DNA from: Candidatus Omnitrophota bacterium
GTDB lineage: Bacteria; Omnitrophota; Gorgyraeia; Pluralincolimonadales; Pluralincolimonadaceae
Direction: 5' to 3'
Length of the DNA stretch: 64,000 nucleotides
NCBI GenBank assembly: GCA_028716565.1
Contig: JAQUPL010000002.1
Coordinates: forward strand, 194,989 to 258,988
The notes under the pieces were generated by a model, which saw only the letters and a list, made by a program, of their open reading frames with translations, made no database searches and had not been told where the DNA came from. The translations under genes were made by a program, and so were the position numbers. Shown here in pieces: positions 1-10,190 of the stretch. Each line of letters opens with the position of its first letter. Position 1 is the stretch's first letter.

Positions 1-390
1 ATGGCGGGGGCGTTCGGCATATTCCTGATGAGGCAGTTCATAATGAACATCCCCGACGACCTCATAGACGCGGCGAAGATAGACGGCTGCACCGAGTTCA
101 CGATATACCGCAGGGTGATACTCCCCCTGATACAGCCGGCGCTCGCCTCGCTGGCGATATTCACTTTCATGGCGCAATGGAATAATTTCGTCTGGCCCCT
201 CGTCATAATATATTCCTCGAAAATGAGGACGATACCCCTCGCTCTCTCCGTACTGAACGGGCAGTTCGGGACGAATTTCGCGATGGTCATGGCCGGCGCA
301 GTGGTCGCTACGGCCCCGGTATTGATAGTCTTTATAGCCTTCCAGAAGTATTTCATAAAAGGCATAGCCCTTACCGGCCTTAAAGCGTGA
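1..390 (+). CDS. Carbohydrate ABC transporter permease, C-terminal fragment (gene starts upstream of window)
   Basis: Translation has the EAA-loop-like motif AAKIDGCTEFTIYRRVILPLIQPALA and the C-terminal TM helices typical of MalG/AraQ-type sugar permeases. The ORF is open at the 5-prime edge. Confidence 0.7.
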   Translation: MAGAFGIFLMRQFIMNIPDDLIDAAKIDGCTEFTIYRRVILPLIQPALASLAIFTFMAQWNNFVWPLVIIYSSKMRTIPLALSVLNGQFGTNFAMVMAGAVVATAPVLIVFIAFQKYFIKGIALTGLKA

Positions 391-393
391 CAT

Positions 394-2520
394 ATGAAAA
401 AAAGCTGTCTTGTCTTTCTAGCGTGCGCATTTTTCCTCGTTTCCGCCGAAACGTTCGCCTATAAGCCGGCCACGATAAATTCAATCGCCCCTTCTTCGGA
501 AAAAGTCGGGAGATACGGCCTCTTCGAGCTCACGGTGGACCTAAGCGCCGAATATGAAAATCCTTTTGACCCTTTGCAGGTAGGCCTCTCCGGAATATTC
601 AAGTCGCCGTCATCCAAAGAGATAAAAGTCCCCGGGTTCCTTTATTCATCGTCCGGGAAAAGGCCTGTTTGGAAGATACGCTTCTCCCCGGATGAAGAGG
701 GGGACTGGACCTATTGTGCGACAGTTGCGGACAAACACTCCTCAGCCAGGTCTCCTGTTGCCGGATTCACATGCTTCCCCTCGACGGCTACGGGACCGGT
801 CAGGGTAAGCAAGATCGATCCCTGTTATTTTGAGACCTCCGACGGCAAATTCTTCTTCCCTGTCGGCATGAACGTCGCGTGGCTCGGGGGGGATACGCTG
901 TATAATTACGACGGCTATTATAAGAAGATAAGCGGCAACGGCGGGAACTGGTCGCGGCTGTGGCTGTGTTCCTGGGGCCTCGGGCTCGAATGGAAGAAGG
1001 ATAAGTCATACGGCGGCCTCGGGAAATACAATCTCAGGAACGCGGACAGGATAGATAAGATACTGGGGATGGCCGAAAAATACGGCATACGCGTCCAGCT
1101 TACGATAAATATCCACGGCCAGTTTAGCACTTCATCCGATTCTGAGTGGGGCGCAAACCCCTATAACGCCAAGAACGGCGGGCCATGCAAGTCCCCGCCG
1201 GATTTTTTCACGAACGAGGACGCAGCAAGGCTCTTCAAGAACCAGCTCCGTTATATAATCGCCAGGTGGGGATACAGCCCGGCGATATTCTCGTGGGAGC
1301 TTTGGAACGAGATCGACCTGACCGACGGTTTCGACGAGGCCCGCGCCGGCGAATGGCACAAGGAGATGGCGGATTATATAAAGGGCGCGGACCCGCTCGG
1401 CCACATGATAACCACGAGTCTCTCAAAGCCGCTGGATTGCTTGCTCTGGCGCGCGCCATACATCAGCTATACGCAGATCCACCAGTACAGCGATGTTATG
1501 ATAGACGAGATAGTCTTCCGCGCGAAAGAGTTCCGGGAGAGGTACGGAAAGCCGGTCCTTATCGCTGAAGTAGCCAGCACCGCGAAGGAAGGGACGGTAG
1601 AACGCAGGCAGGATCCCCAGGGGATAAGGTTCCATAACGCGCTCTGGTCTTCGGCCGCCTCGCCTGCAGCCGGAACCGCGATGTATTGGTGGTGGGACAG
1701 CTATATCAAGCCGCGAAATCTTTTCTACGAGCTTAGGGCGGTCTCCGGGTTTACCGCCGGCGATGACAGGCGCGGTAAAAAGTTCACGGATATCGATTAC
1801 AGGATAATTTACCCCAAGGATACCTATAATACGCTCACTTTCACGCCTTATCTCGACTGGCAGGCCTCGACCGCCTCGGAATTCATCGTGGGGAACGATG
1901 GGCGCATCTCGGATATCGACAAACTTTCTAGGTTTTTCCAGGGCTCGGCGCACACGGATATGAAGGTCACCCCGGTATTCGCCGTAGATTATCCCGGGGA
2001 CGGCTCGTTTACCCTTAATATCGACATGGTATCCGAGGGCGGGGCCAAAGCTGCCATCTGGCTTGACGACCGGATGGTCCTCGAACATATCTATAAGCCG
2101 CTCCCGAGCTACAAACATCTCGATGACAGCTTCGAGGTCGGCGTGAGCAAGGGAAGACACCGCATAAAGATAACCAATGACGGGGCCGATTGGTTCAGGG
2201 TCAGGAACATCTGCCTGAGCGGCTATTCCAACCCGCTCCAGGTGGTAGGTATCAGGTCCGGCGATTCAGCGTATCTTTGGTTCAAGAACAGGGATGACAC
2301 GGTCGATAACCGCAGGAAAGGCGTCAGGTATACTTGGATAGAGATACCCAGGGTCGTCATAACCGGCTTGAAAGACGGGGATTACGCAGTCGAATATTTC
2401 GATACCATCGCCGGCGGCGTGATCCGGAGCGAGAAAACCGGGTGCCGGAACGGCAGCCTCGAACTGGCCATACCTACCTTTACCACCGATCTGGGTTGCA
2501 AGGTCAAACTCTCCAGATAA
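394..2520 (+). CDS. Secreted glycoside hydrolase, GH5-like TIM barrel with DUF5060-type N-terminal domain
   Basis: N-terminal signal peptide (MKKSCLVFLACAFFLVSAETFA). A beta-sandwich-like N-domain is followed by a TIM-barrel region containing WELWNEID (GH5-style NE acid/base motif) and IAEVAST (candidate nucleophile Glu). It sits in a carbohydrate locus next to an ABC permease and a LacI regulator. Confidence 0.55.
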   Translation: MKKSCLVFLACAFFLVSAETFAYKPATINSIAPSSEKVGRYGLFELTVDLSAEYENPFDPLQVGLSGIFKSPSSKEIKVPGFLYSSSGKRPVWKIRFSPDEEGDWTYCATVADKHSSARSPVAGFTCFPSTATGPVRVSKIDPCYFETSDGKFFFPVGMNVAWLGGDTLYNYDGYYKKISGNGGNWSRLWLCSWGLGLEWKKDKSYGGLGKYNLRNADRIDKILGMAEKYGIRVQLTINIHGQFSTSSDSEWGANPYNAKNGGPCKSPPDFFTNEDAARLFKNQLRYIIARWGYSPAIFSWELWNEIDLTDGFDEARAGEWHKEMADYIKGADPLGHMITTSLSKPLDCLLWRAPYISYTQIHQYSDVMIDEIVFRAKEFRERYGKPVLIAEVASTAKEGTVERRQDPQGIRFHNALWSSAASPAAGTAMYWWWDSYIKPRNLFYELRAVSGFTAGDDRRGKKFTDIDYRIIYPKDTYNTLTFTPYLDWQASTASEFIVGNDGRISDIDKLSRFFQGSAHTDMKVTPVFAVDYPGDGSFTLNIDMVSEGGAKAAIWLDDRMVLEHIYKPLPSYKHLDDSFEVGVSKGRHRIKITNDGADWFRVRNICLSGYSNPLQVVGIRSGDSAYLWFKNRDDTVDNRRKGVRYTWIEIPRVVITGLKDGDYAVEYFDTIAGGVIRSEKTGCRNGSLELAIPTFTTDLGCKVKLSR

Positions 2521-2521
2521 G

Positions 2522-2537
2522 ATGTTATCGGTCACAT
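2522..2537. promoter_or_regulatory. LacI-family operator-like palindrome ATGTTATCGGTCACAT, next to a -35-like TTGACA at 2537..2542
   Basis: The sequence matches the generic LacI/GalR operator pattern TGTnAnCGnTnACA. A near-identical copy (ATGTTATCGGTAACAT) lies immediately upstream of the second lacI gene at 11139..11154. A TTGACA hexamer follows, with a TGn-extended weak -10 (TAACCT) 17 nt downstream. Confidence 0.45.
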
Positions 2538-2588
2538 TGACAAAAGGCCGTTCGTGTGGTAACCTTTCTTTTAGAGGTATGCTAATCA

Positions 2589-3614
2589 ATGAAACGTTTC
2601 GATAAATCCAGCATAACCATAAAAGACGTGGCAAAACGGGCGGGGGTCGCTCACTCAACCGTCTCTCTTGTTATGAACGACCGTGAACACGTGTCGCCGA
2701 AGCTGCGCGAACGTATCCTTAAGATCGCCAAAGAGATGGGCTATATGCCCAACCTGGTCGCGCGCAGCCTTATCAGCAAGAAATCGTCCACCGTAGGGGT
2801 GGTATTCCCCGAGAACCCGCATTTTTTCACCATAACGTACTTCCTTATGATAATAGAGGGCATACAGAACGCCTGTAAGAAATACGACAGGGCGCTTATG
2901 TTCTTCAGCCTCGACCAGACCAAGGGCGAGTCGTATTACCAGATATCCCGCAAATGGCTTATTGACCTCATGGTGATCCTGAACGTCGATTACACAAGGG
3001 ATATCTCAAAAGACATCCGCGACCTCAAAGACAACGGCATAGCCTTTTCTTTAGTGACAAAATATAACGGCAAAGAAAAGGTCAACTCGGTCTGCGTCGA
3101 TAATTTCGAGGGCGTGAGATTGGCCCTGGAATATCTGGCCTCGCAAGGCCACAAGCGCGTCGGGTTCATAAGCGGCAACCCGAACTCGGCAGACGGCCCA
3201 GAAAGGCTGCAGGCGTTCAAGACCCTATCCAAAAAGATGGGCTTTGACCAGGACGAGGAGCTTATCGTCTACGGCGATTTCACATTCGAGAGCGGCGAAA
3301 GGGAGGTCCCGAAGCTCCTGGGGCTCAAGAAACGCCCCACCGCGATATTCGCGGCTAGCGATTATATGGCCATCGGCGCGATGCGCGTCATGAAAGCGCA
3401 GGGCATCTCAATACCCAAAGACATGGCGCTGATGGGGTTCGATAATACGCTCGAGGTCGCCTACGTCGAACCCCCGCTGACGACGATAAGGCAGCCTCTC
3501 CAGGAGATGGGAGAGAAGGCGGTCGACCTCGCAGTCCGCTCCATGAACGACGAGAATTTTGAACCCCAGATGGCAGTGATAAAACCCGAACTCATTAAGA
3601 GGCAATCATGCTGA
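2589..3614 (+). CDS. LacI family transcriptional regulator
   Basis: N-terminal HTH (ITIKDVAKRAGVAHSTVSLVMN) followed by a periplasmic-binding-protein-like sugar-binding core. 341 aa, typical LacI/GalR length. Confidence 0.85.
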   Translation: MKRFDKSSITIKDVAKRAGVAHSTVSLVMNDREHVSPKLRERILKIAKEMGYMPNLVARSLISKKSSTVGVVFPENPHFFTITYFLMIIEGIQNACKKYDRALMFFSLDQTKGESYYQISRKWLIDLMVILNVDYTRDISKDIRDLKDNGIAFSLVTKYNGKEKVNSVCVDNFEGVRLALEYLASQGHKRVGFISGNPNSADGPERLQAFKTLSKKMGFDQDEELIVYGDFTFESGEREVPKLLGLKKRPTAIFAASDYMAIGAMRVMKAQGISIPKDMALMGFDNTLEVAYVEPPLTTIRQPLQEMGEKAVDLAVRSMNDENFEPQMAVIKPELIKRQSC

Positions 3615-6600
3615 AAAAAACCTTCCCATATTTTGCGATTATAGTCTTCCTGGCGTGCGCGCTCGCGCCGGCGCAGGTGTATCCCGCCCAGGCCGCGGGA
3701 CCCGGGGTCCAGCCTCCCACATTCGAGGTAAAAGAGATAGACGGCCTGTATCTCCCGTTCCAGAACGGGATACCTTTCCCGTCATGGGAGAGGCAGGACC
3801 GCCCTTACATAGAATTGGACGGCTCATGGAGGTCCGAACGGCAGGGCGTCGACCACAAGCTTACGCTTTATAAGAGGACGCCGGAGACCTTGAAACTCCT
3901 CGAAGAGGAGAGCACCGGCAGGTATAAAGCCGATTACGACGACAGCGCGTGGAAAGAGAAATCTGTCCCGGGCGTCGAAGACCCGGCCCCTGACAGGTAT
4001 ATGGACGGGGCATGGTACAGGAGGCATTTCACAGTCCCGGCCGACGCGTCCGGCAAGTACGTTAAACTCATGTTCGAGGCCGCGAATTATTTTACGGATG
4101 TGTGGATCAACGGCAAATGGATAGGCTGCCATGAAGGCGGCTATACGCCGTTCGCGTTCGATATAAGCCAATACCTTAACTTTGGGCAGGATAATGTCAT
4201 AGCCGTCCGCGTCGATAATATCCCGTGGCTCCCCAACGGAGACGCCTCGTCCGAGGCGCTCAGTACCAACGACCATAACATAGTCCCTTACGTTACCGGC
4301 GACTGGTGGAATTACGGCGGGATAACAAGGAGCGTATATATAGAGATATCGCCGCCGGTCTCGGTCGTCCGCGCCGACATAAAACCGAAACTGGTCAACG
4401 AGAAAGATTCCGAACTGACGATAGATGTGACCGTTTATAACCGGAGCGATGCCGAATTTGATTCATCCCTTGCCCTCAAGATCGTCCAGGCCAACGTGAA
4501 GGACGATAACCTAGAGGAAGCGTCTGTAAAGAAAATAGCTACGGGCAGGACCGTCTCCATGGAAGGAGAGACCTCCAAACAGGTAACGTTGAAGGCGGGC
4601 GAGGCGAAGGCGTTCAGGTTCTCGCTGAAATCGGGCGCGCTCAAACCCTGGTCGCCGGAGTCGCCTAACCTTTACGTGTTACGGGTAGCTCTCGCCGACA
4701 GGAAGGCAAGATCAGGCGAGCTCTACACCCAGTTCGGCGTCAGGGAGGCAAGCGTAGATAAGGCCAACGCGAAACTGCTCCTGAACGGCAAAGAGATATT
4801 CCTCCGCGGTATCGCGCGCCACGAAGTCTTCTACGGCGAACCCGGCCCGCTGGTTTACGGCCCGGCCGCGGTTACGGCGGATTTCAAGTACATAAAAGAC
4901 GCCAATGCGAATTTTGTAAGGACGGCCCATTATCCCAACCAGCAGCAGACCTACACTATCGCCGACAGGATGGGGCTTCTCGTATGGGAGGAGATACCCA
5001 TGTTCTGGTTCACCGGGCCGGAGTTCCTCGTCCAGAAAAATGTCCGGGGCATCGGAAGGCAAATGTGGTTCGAGATGATATACCGCGATTATAACAGGCC
5101 GTCGGTCATAATCTGGGGCGCGTGCAACGAATGCAGCTGGCAGGGGGAGAGGGCCGTTTTTATCAAAGACCTGAGGGAGAACGCTTATAAGGTCGACGGG
5201 ACCCGGCTTGTCGCGCAGTCGGCCTCGGGAAGCGATCCTACCGATGCCACCCAGAAGGAATGCGACATCATAGGGTTTACGACTTATTACGGTATATTCT
5301 ACGGCAGCTCGTATTTTGCCGATACGAAGGAAGCTCTCAAGAAGACCCACCAGGCCTTTCCGGACAAGCCGGTCATATCCACGGAATACGGCGTCTGGGC
5401 CCGTTACGGGGACCTTGCCCAGGAAGCGTCGCAGGTCGAAGTGGCGAAAGATACTTTCAAGGCTTTCAGGGACTTCCCGTTCGTCGCCGGCGCGACATGG
5501 TGGACGATCGCGGATTGGCACACGATGATCAACGAGCCGGAGGTTATGGGCACGATGACGATCGACAGGAAATTCCAGAAGCCGGTATATTTCCAGCTGC
5601 AGCGGCAATATGCCTCGCTTTTAGGAGACCTGGCGGTCGAACTTAAAGAACCGAAGGAAGAAGCGGTCTTGCAGGGAAAGGCCGGTATATCGGCCGAGAT
5701 AAAAGGGGAAGAAAAGCCCGAGGCAGTGGAACTGATAGTAGAAGGGAAACTCCTGGGCCGGCTATACCAGAAGAAAGACCTTTACCGGATGGAATTGGAC
5801 ACGTCAAAACTGCCGGAAGGCAAACATATGCTTATCGTCCGGGCGACCGGTGAAGTCCTTAGCGAAGCTAAGGGCAAGAAGGGTTATTATGTCTCCGATT
5901 TCGTCCGGGTCATCGTAGATAATATAGACGAACTTCCTGCGGTCACGGTAAATCTCAAAGATAACGACGCAGTTATAGGCAAAGTCTCGCTGAAGGCCGT
6001 CGCGGCCGACGACAGGGGCATCGCTTCGGTCACTTATTCCGTCGACGGGGAAGAGCCCAAGCAGATGGAAGGCATAGGCGAGGGAAATTACCAGGCGGTA
6101 TGGGACGCCTCGCAGCTTCCCGACGGCTCTACCCATGATATTAAATTCATAGTGACGGACACGGGCAGCCAGACCTCCGAGGCAACGGCCAAAGTAACTA
6201 TCGATAATAAGCCGGGCAAGTATGCGGAATTGCCGCTTGACCACGACTGGATCTCATGGAATACAAACCGCAACGACGGGACCGGCTATGACTTCCCGGC
6301 GGAGGAACTGCCCGACTCGAATTCCGAGTTCATATTCAACGGCGCGGAAAAGGTAAAGTTCAAATTCGGCGACAAGGCCGACGGCCAAAAGAACACCGTC
6401 GAATGCGGCAAGCAAAAGATAGCTTTCCCGCCCGGGTATTATACGAAAGTGCATATCCTCGCCGCCATGCATGACGGCGGCTCGAAACAGACGTTCGTCC
6501 TGAGCTATACCGATGGGACCTCGGCGAAGGTCGTGACCGGTTTTTCGGACTGGTGGGGAGGCAATCCCATCTACGGCGAAGAAGTAGCCGTAGTGACGAC

Positions 6601-8185
6601 ATACCATCATGAATCGGCCGGCGACAGGAAGCCCGGCGTGGCGCTTTATATGCAGACGCTCGAGCCGGACAAGAGCAAGATCCTCTCTTCGCTCACCCTG
6701 CCCGCGGACAAGAGATTGAATATATTTGCGATCACCCTTGAGGGGGAGGTCTCGAACATTCCCTTGCCCGAGCCCGCTATAATTGAGCCCGGGCCCAACT
6801 CATCGGTGGGCGGTGCCGTAAAGATTGCAGCGGAGGACAAGCAGGAAAATATAGCGAAGATCGATTATTCCGTGGACGGGGGAGAGTGGATGCCGATGTC
6901 GCCTTCGGCCGCAGGGACTTATACCGCCGAATGGGACACGTCAAAAGTGCCGGGAATAAATCATATGATAAGCGTAAAGGCGACTGATAAGATCGGGCAG
7001 ATAAATATAAAAAGCATAGACGTGAGGGTTGTAAATAAGGTCACCATAGTATTCCCGTTCGACGGCGCCAGCATATATAAAATGGCTACTCTTATGGTCG
7101 AGCCGAGGGCCAACACGGAAGTCGACAAGCTGGAGTATTCCATCGATAACGGCCGGTTTATCGAGATGTCGCCGAATATGGGGCTCTACACGGCCGAGTG
7201 GAGGATAGACGAGGGGTATAAGCCCGGCTCAATCCATACGCTGATGGTCAGGGAGAATGAGAAATCCGGCGCGGTCACGATAGACACGGTCAAGATAACG
7301 GCCGATACCGTAAAGATAATGATAGCGGAACCGGTCAAGGGCCATACTATAAAGGTCGACAAGAACATAAGGGACTGGGTAGGTACTACGCCGGCCCAGG
7401 AGAATACGGCGACTATCAGCGGAGGCGAATATATCTGGGAAGACGCCAAGGGCGACGGTACCGGAAACGGGCATTACACTTATCCGACTAATAAAGCGCT
7501 GACTAAAGGCGCTGACCTTAGGGAATTCAGGGTCACGTGGGACAAAGAGAACTTGTACCTGATGATAAAATGCGACCGGCCCGGGGATTTCTGGACGCCT
7601 TACAGGATAATAGGCATAGACCAGGACGGCGCCAAGGGCGGCAAGGGCGGCACGCAGGTCCTTGCCCAGGGCGATGGGGACCAGGATACCGGGTGCTACG
7701 GGAACCTTAAGGTCTCGCCGGACCTGGCGTGCGAATACGTGATAGGGATATTCAATTCCTACAAGGGGAGGATCTGGGACGCGAAGGGGAAAACTATAGC
7801 CCGCAAGGAAGGAGATAGTAACGATACTCCGGGATTCATGGTCGACGACGCCAACTGGAACTCGGTCGAAGTCGCTATCCCTTTGAAACTCATCGGCGGA
7901 AGCCCTGCGGGCCATACGTGGAGGTTCGTTGTGGGGACCGGCCAGCAGGACAGCGGAATTTTCAGGAAAGTGGATAAGGATGTATCCGAGTGGCACGGGG
8001 GCGGGGGCGAGGTGAACGGCTCGAACCCGTATATTTACGATATGGCCAGCCCGGACAGGAAAACGCAGGAATATGAGTTGAACAGCTACAAGAAGGACGG
8101 GGACTCTTCGGACCCGTTGACGTTCGCGGTAATAAACAGATCTTATCTGGCGGTCACTTTCAGCGACGAGGCAAAGTCCCCGTAA
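3608..8185 (+). CDS. Secreted multidomain GH2 glycoside hydrolase (beta-galactosidase/beta-mannosidase-like) with four Ig-like repeats and a C-terminal ~285-aa domain that is duplicated downstream
   Basis: Signal peptide present. GH2 sugar-binding and TIM-barrel motifs are recognisable (GGYTPFAFDISQYL, NANFVRTAHYPNQQ, WGACNECS acid/base, ISTEYG nucleophile). Four repeats of a W-D-T/A-S-K/Q-x-P-x-G-x-H-x-I motif typical of bacterial Ig-like domains lie between about 5700 and 7320. The C-terminal region 7331..8185 is paralogous to the three downstream ORFs. Confidence 0.8.
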   Translation: MLKKTFPYFAIIVFLACALAPAQVYPAQAAGPGVQPPTFEVKEIDGLYLPFQNGIPFPSWERQDRPYIELDGSWRSERQGVDHKLTLYKRTPETLKLLEEESTGRYKADYDDSAWKEKSVPGVEDPAPDRYMDGAWYRRHFTVPADASGKYVKLMFEAANYFTDVWINGKWIGCHEGGYTPFAFDISQYLNFGQDNVIAVRVDNIPWLPNGDASSEALSTNDHNIVPYVTGDWWNYGGITRSVYIEISPPVSVVRADIKPKLVNEKDSELTIDVTVYNRSDAEFDSSLALKIVQANVKDDNLEEASVKKIATGRTVSMEGETSKQVTLKAGEAKAFRFSLKSGALKPWSPESPNLYVLRVALADRKARSGELYTQFGVREASVDKANAKLLLNGKEIFLRGIARHEVFYGEPGPLVYGPAAVTADFKYIKDANANFVRTAHYPNQQQTYTIADRMGLLVWEEIPMFWFTGPEFLVQKNVRGIGRQMWFEMIYRDYNRPSVIIWGACNECSWQGERAVFIKDLRENAYKVDGTRLVAQSASGSDPTDATQKECDIIGFTTYYGIFYGSSYFADTKEALKKTHQAFPDKPVISTEYGVWARYGDLAQEASQVEVAKDTFKAFRDFPFVAGATWWTIADWHTMINEPEVMGTMTIDRKFQKPVYFQLQRQYASLLGDLAVELKEPKEEAVLQGKAGISAEIKGEEKPEAVELIVEGKLLGRLYQKKDLYRMELDTSKLPEGKHMLIVRATGEVLSEAKGKKGYYVSDFVRVIVDNIDELPAVTVNLKDNDAVIGKVSLKAVAADDRGIASVTYSVDGEEPKQMEGIGEGNYQAVWDASQLPDGSTHDIKFIVTDTGSQTSEATAKVTIDNKPGKYAELPLDHDWISWNTNRNDGTGYDFPAEELPDSNSEFIFNGAEKVKFKFGDKADGQKNTVECGKQKIAFPPGYYTKVHILAAMHDGGSKQTFVLSYTDGTSAKVVTGFSDWWGGNPIYGEEVAVVTTYHHESAGDRKPGVALYMQTLEPDKSKILSSLTLPADKRLNIFAITLEGEVSNIPLPEPAIIEPGPNSSVGGAVKIAAEDKQENIAKIDYSVDGGEWMPMSPSAAGTYTAEWDTSKVPGINHMISVKATDKIGQINIKSIDVRVVNKVTIVFPFDGASIYKMATLMVEPRANTEVDKLEYSIDNGRFIEMSPNMGLYTAEWRIDEGYKPGSIHTLMVRENEKSGAVTIDTVKITADTVKIMIAEPVKGHTIKVDKNIRDWVGTTPAQENTATISGGEYIWEDAKGDGTGNGHYTYPTNKALTKGADLREFRVTWDKENLYLMIKCDRPGDFWTPYRIIGIDQDGAKGGKGGTQVLAQGDGDQDTGCYGNLKVSPDLACEYVIGIFNSYKGRIWDAKGKTIARKEGDSNDTPGFMVDDANWNSVEVAIPLKLIGGSPAGHTWRFVVGTGQQDSGIFRKVDKDVSEWHGGGGEVNGSNPYIYDMASPDRKTQEYELNSYKKDGDSSDPLTFAVINRSYLAVTFSDEAKSP

Positions 8186-8234
8186 GGGGAGAGCGAAATA
8201 GTAATTAAACCGGTATAAAAAGGAGGGCGGTAAA

Positions 8235-9140
8235 ATGGGTAAAGTGGCGGTGTTGTTAGCGGTCGGATTGGTCTTTTCGTCTGTCTGTTTCGCCGAGGAT
8301 GCGGTCACAGGGCATACTATCGCGGTCGATAAGAATATAAAGGACTGGACCGGCGTTGCTCCGGAGCAGGAGAACTCGGCAGCGGTGAGCAACGGAGAGT
8401 ATATCTGGAAGGATGCCGCCGGCGACGATACGGGAAACGGGAAATACACTTATCCTTTGGATAAAGCGCTCAAGAAGGGCGCGGACCTGAAGGAGTTCAG
8501 GGTCACGTTCGACAAGGAGAACCTTTATATCCTGATCAAGACCGACAGGCCCGGAGACTGGTGGACCGGTTTCAAGGTGATAGGGATACACAAGGAAGGC
8601 GTAGCGGGCGGCACACAGGTCCTGGCCCAGGGTGATCCGGACGAATTAAATTTTGATTCGGGCACTTTCGCTAACCTGAAGGTCGCGCCGGAGTTAGCCT
8701 GCCAGTATGTGGTGGCGGTCTCATCGACTTACAAAGGCCGTATCTATGACGAGAAAGGCAAGATGATAGCGCGCAAAGAGGCGCAACCGGACGATACAGC
8801 CGGGTTCAAGGTTGACGATTTCAACTGGAATGCGGTAGAGATAGCAGTCCCGTTAAGCCTCATCGGCGGGAGCCCTGCGGGCCAGACATGGAAGTTCGTT
8901 GTGGCGGCCGGACAGCAGGATAACGATATTGCCCGTAAGGTATTGGTCGAACAGAGCCAGTATAACGGCGGCGGCGGAGCCGAAAACGGAGAAAACCCGA
9001 GCGCATATGACCTCGCAGGCGCCGATAAGGCTACACAGGAGAAAGATCTCGGCAGTTACGACTCTAATGCAGCGGAGGAGGACCCGAAAGGTTTCGCTAC
9101 GATAGAAAAATCGTTCCTGACCGTTAATTTTGCGAAGTAA
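8235..9140 (+). CDS. Secreted protein consisting only of the conserved ~285-aa domain shared with the GH2 C-terminus (paralog 1)
   Basis: RBS AAGGAGG 8 nt upstream; signal peptide. Alignable end to end with 7331..8185, 9174..10190 and 10126..11091. Shared motifs are GHTI-VDKNI-DW, GEYIWKDA-GDDTGNG-YTYP, EFRVT-DKENLY-LIK-DRPGD-W, LAQGD, NLKVAPELACQYV, YKGRI-D-KGK-IARKE, IPL-LIGGSPAGQ-W and GGGG-NG-NP-YDLAG. Confidence 0.7.
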   Translation: MGKVAVLLAVGLVFSSVCFAEDAVTGHTIAVDKNIKDWTGVAPEQENSAAVSNGEYIWKDAAGDDTGNGKYTYPLDKALKKGADLKEFRVTFDKENLYILIKTDRPGDWWTGFKVIGIHKEGVAGGTQVLAQGDPDELNFDSGTFANLKVAPELACQYVVAVSSTYKGRIYDEKGKMIARKEAQPDDTAGFKVDDFNWNAVEIAVPLSLIGGSPAGQTWKFVVAAGQQDNDIARKVLVEQSQYNGGGGAENGENPSAYDLAGADKATQEKDLGSYDSNAAEEDPKGFATIEKSFLTVNFAK

Positions 9141-9173
9141 GCCCGTTCGTATTAAATTAGGAAAGGCCGGCAT

Positions 9174-10190
9174 ATGAAAAGGAAAGCAAACGTTCTTTTT
9201 TATATGTTCGTGGCTTTGGGAGTCATCTTTACCACTCAGCGGATGGCCGGAGCTTTTTCCGGCCATCCGGTCCTTGTCGGCGGCGCGACCAACGACTGGA
9301 TCGGGACGACGCCGTCCGAACCCAACAGCTGGACGATAAGCGGAGGGGAATATATATGGAAGGACGGCGTGGGCGATGATACCGGTAACGGCAGTTATAC
9401 CTATCCTCTCCAGAAGGCCCTGAAAGGGGGATGCGACCTAAGGGAGTTCAGGCTTAGCTACGACGACAAGAACCTCTACTTGCTGATAAAATGCGACCGG
9501 CCCGGGGATTTCTGGCCCCCTTTAAGGATAATAGGGATACATAAAGAAGGAACCGCGGGCGGCATGACCCTCCTGGCGCAGGGTGATGCGAATGAACCGG
9601 ATTTTGATAAAGGAGTTTCCGCCAACCTGAAGGTCGCGCCGGAGCTGGCCTGCCAATATGTGATCGCTATATCATCCTCCGCATATAAGGGCCGGATATG
9701 GGATGCCGAAGGAAAACTTGTTGCCCGGAAAGAGGGCGAAAAGGACGATACTCCCGATTTTAAGGTGGAAGGAGTGAATTGGAATCATGTCGAAGCCGCG
9801 ATACCTCTGGAGCTGATAGGCGGCAGTCCGGCGGGACAGGTATGGAAGATCGTCATCGCCATAGGCCAGCAGGATTTTGATGTCGCGCGCAAGATAGACG
9901 TGGACGCGAGCGAATGGAACGGCGGAGGCGGCGCGCCGAACAACTCCAATCCGTATGTCTATGACCTGGCCGGCGCCGATAAAGAGACGCAGGAGAAAGA
10001 ATTGGGAAGCTATAACCCGAATGCGCCGTTCGGGGATCCCGACGGATTCGCCGTTATAACAAAATCATTCCTGAAAATTGATTTCAGGAATGAAGGTCCG
10101 GGTAAATTGTCAAGGAGGGGTGAAAATGGCACGGAAACCGGTTTTTTATCTGGTGTTTGCGTCTTTTTTCCTGCTCTGCTCTCCCGCTGA
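9174..10190 (+). CDS. Secreted conserved-domain protein (paralog 2), with a ~35-aa C-terminal extension
   Basis: Signal peptide present and the same motif set as paralog 1. The C-terminal tail overlaps the next gene by 65 nt in another frame. Confidence 0.7.
   Translation: MKRKANVLFYMFVALGVIFTTQRMAGAFSGHPVLVGGATNDWIGTTPSEPNSWTISGGEYIWKDGVGDDTGNGSYTYPLQKALKGGCDLREFRLSYDDKNLYLLIKCDRPGDFWPPLRIIGIHKEGTAGGMTLLAQGDANEPDFDKGVSANLKVAPELACQYVIAISSSAYKGRIWDAEGKLVARKEGEKDDTPDFKVEGVNWNHVEAAIPLELIGGSPAGQVWKIVIAIGQQDFDVARKIDVDASEWNGGGGAPNNSNPYVYDLAGADKETQEKELGSYNPNAPFGDPDGFAVITKSFLKIDFRNEGPGKLSRRGENGTETGFLSGVCVFFPALLSR

Noticed and set aside
1423-2160. 245-aa minus-strand ORF inside the GH5-like gene
   Set aside because: Entirely antisense to a well-supported + strand CDS, with no recognisable motifs and the Arg/Pro/Gly-rich composition typical of GC-rich shadow frames.
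4712-5608. 298-aa minus-strand ORF inside the GH2 gene
   Set aside because: Antisense shadow ORF with no RBS or domain signature.
7621-7660. GAKGGKGG glycine/lysine repeat inside the GH2 C-terminal domain
   Set aside because: A short low-complexity loop, also seen as GAGGGGKG in paralog 3; not a nucleotide-level tandem repeat of note.
7229-8449. 406-aa minus-strand ORF spanning the GH2 C-terminus and the start of paralog 1
   Set aside because: It overlaps two confidently called + strand genes plus their intergenic RBS and has a low-complexity translation. Judged spurious.
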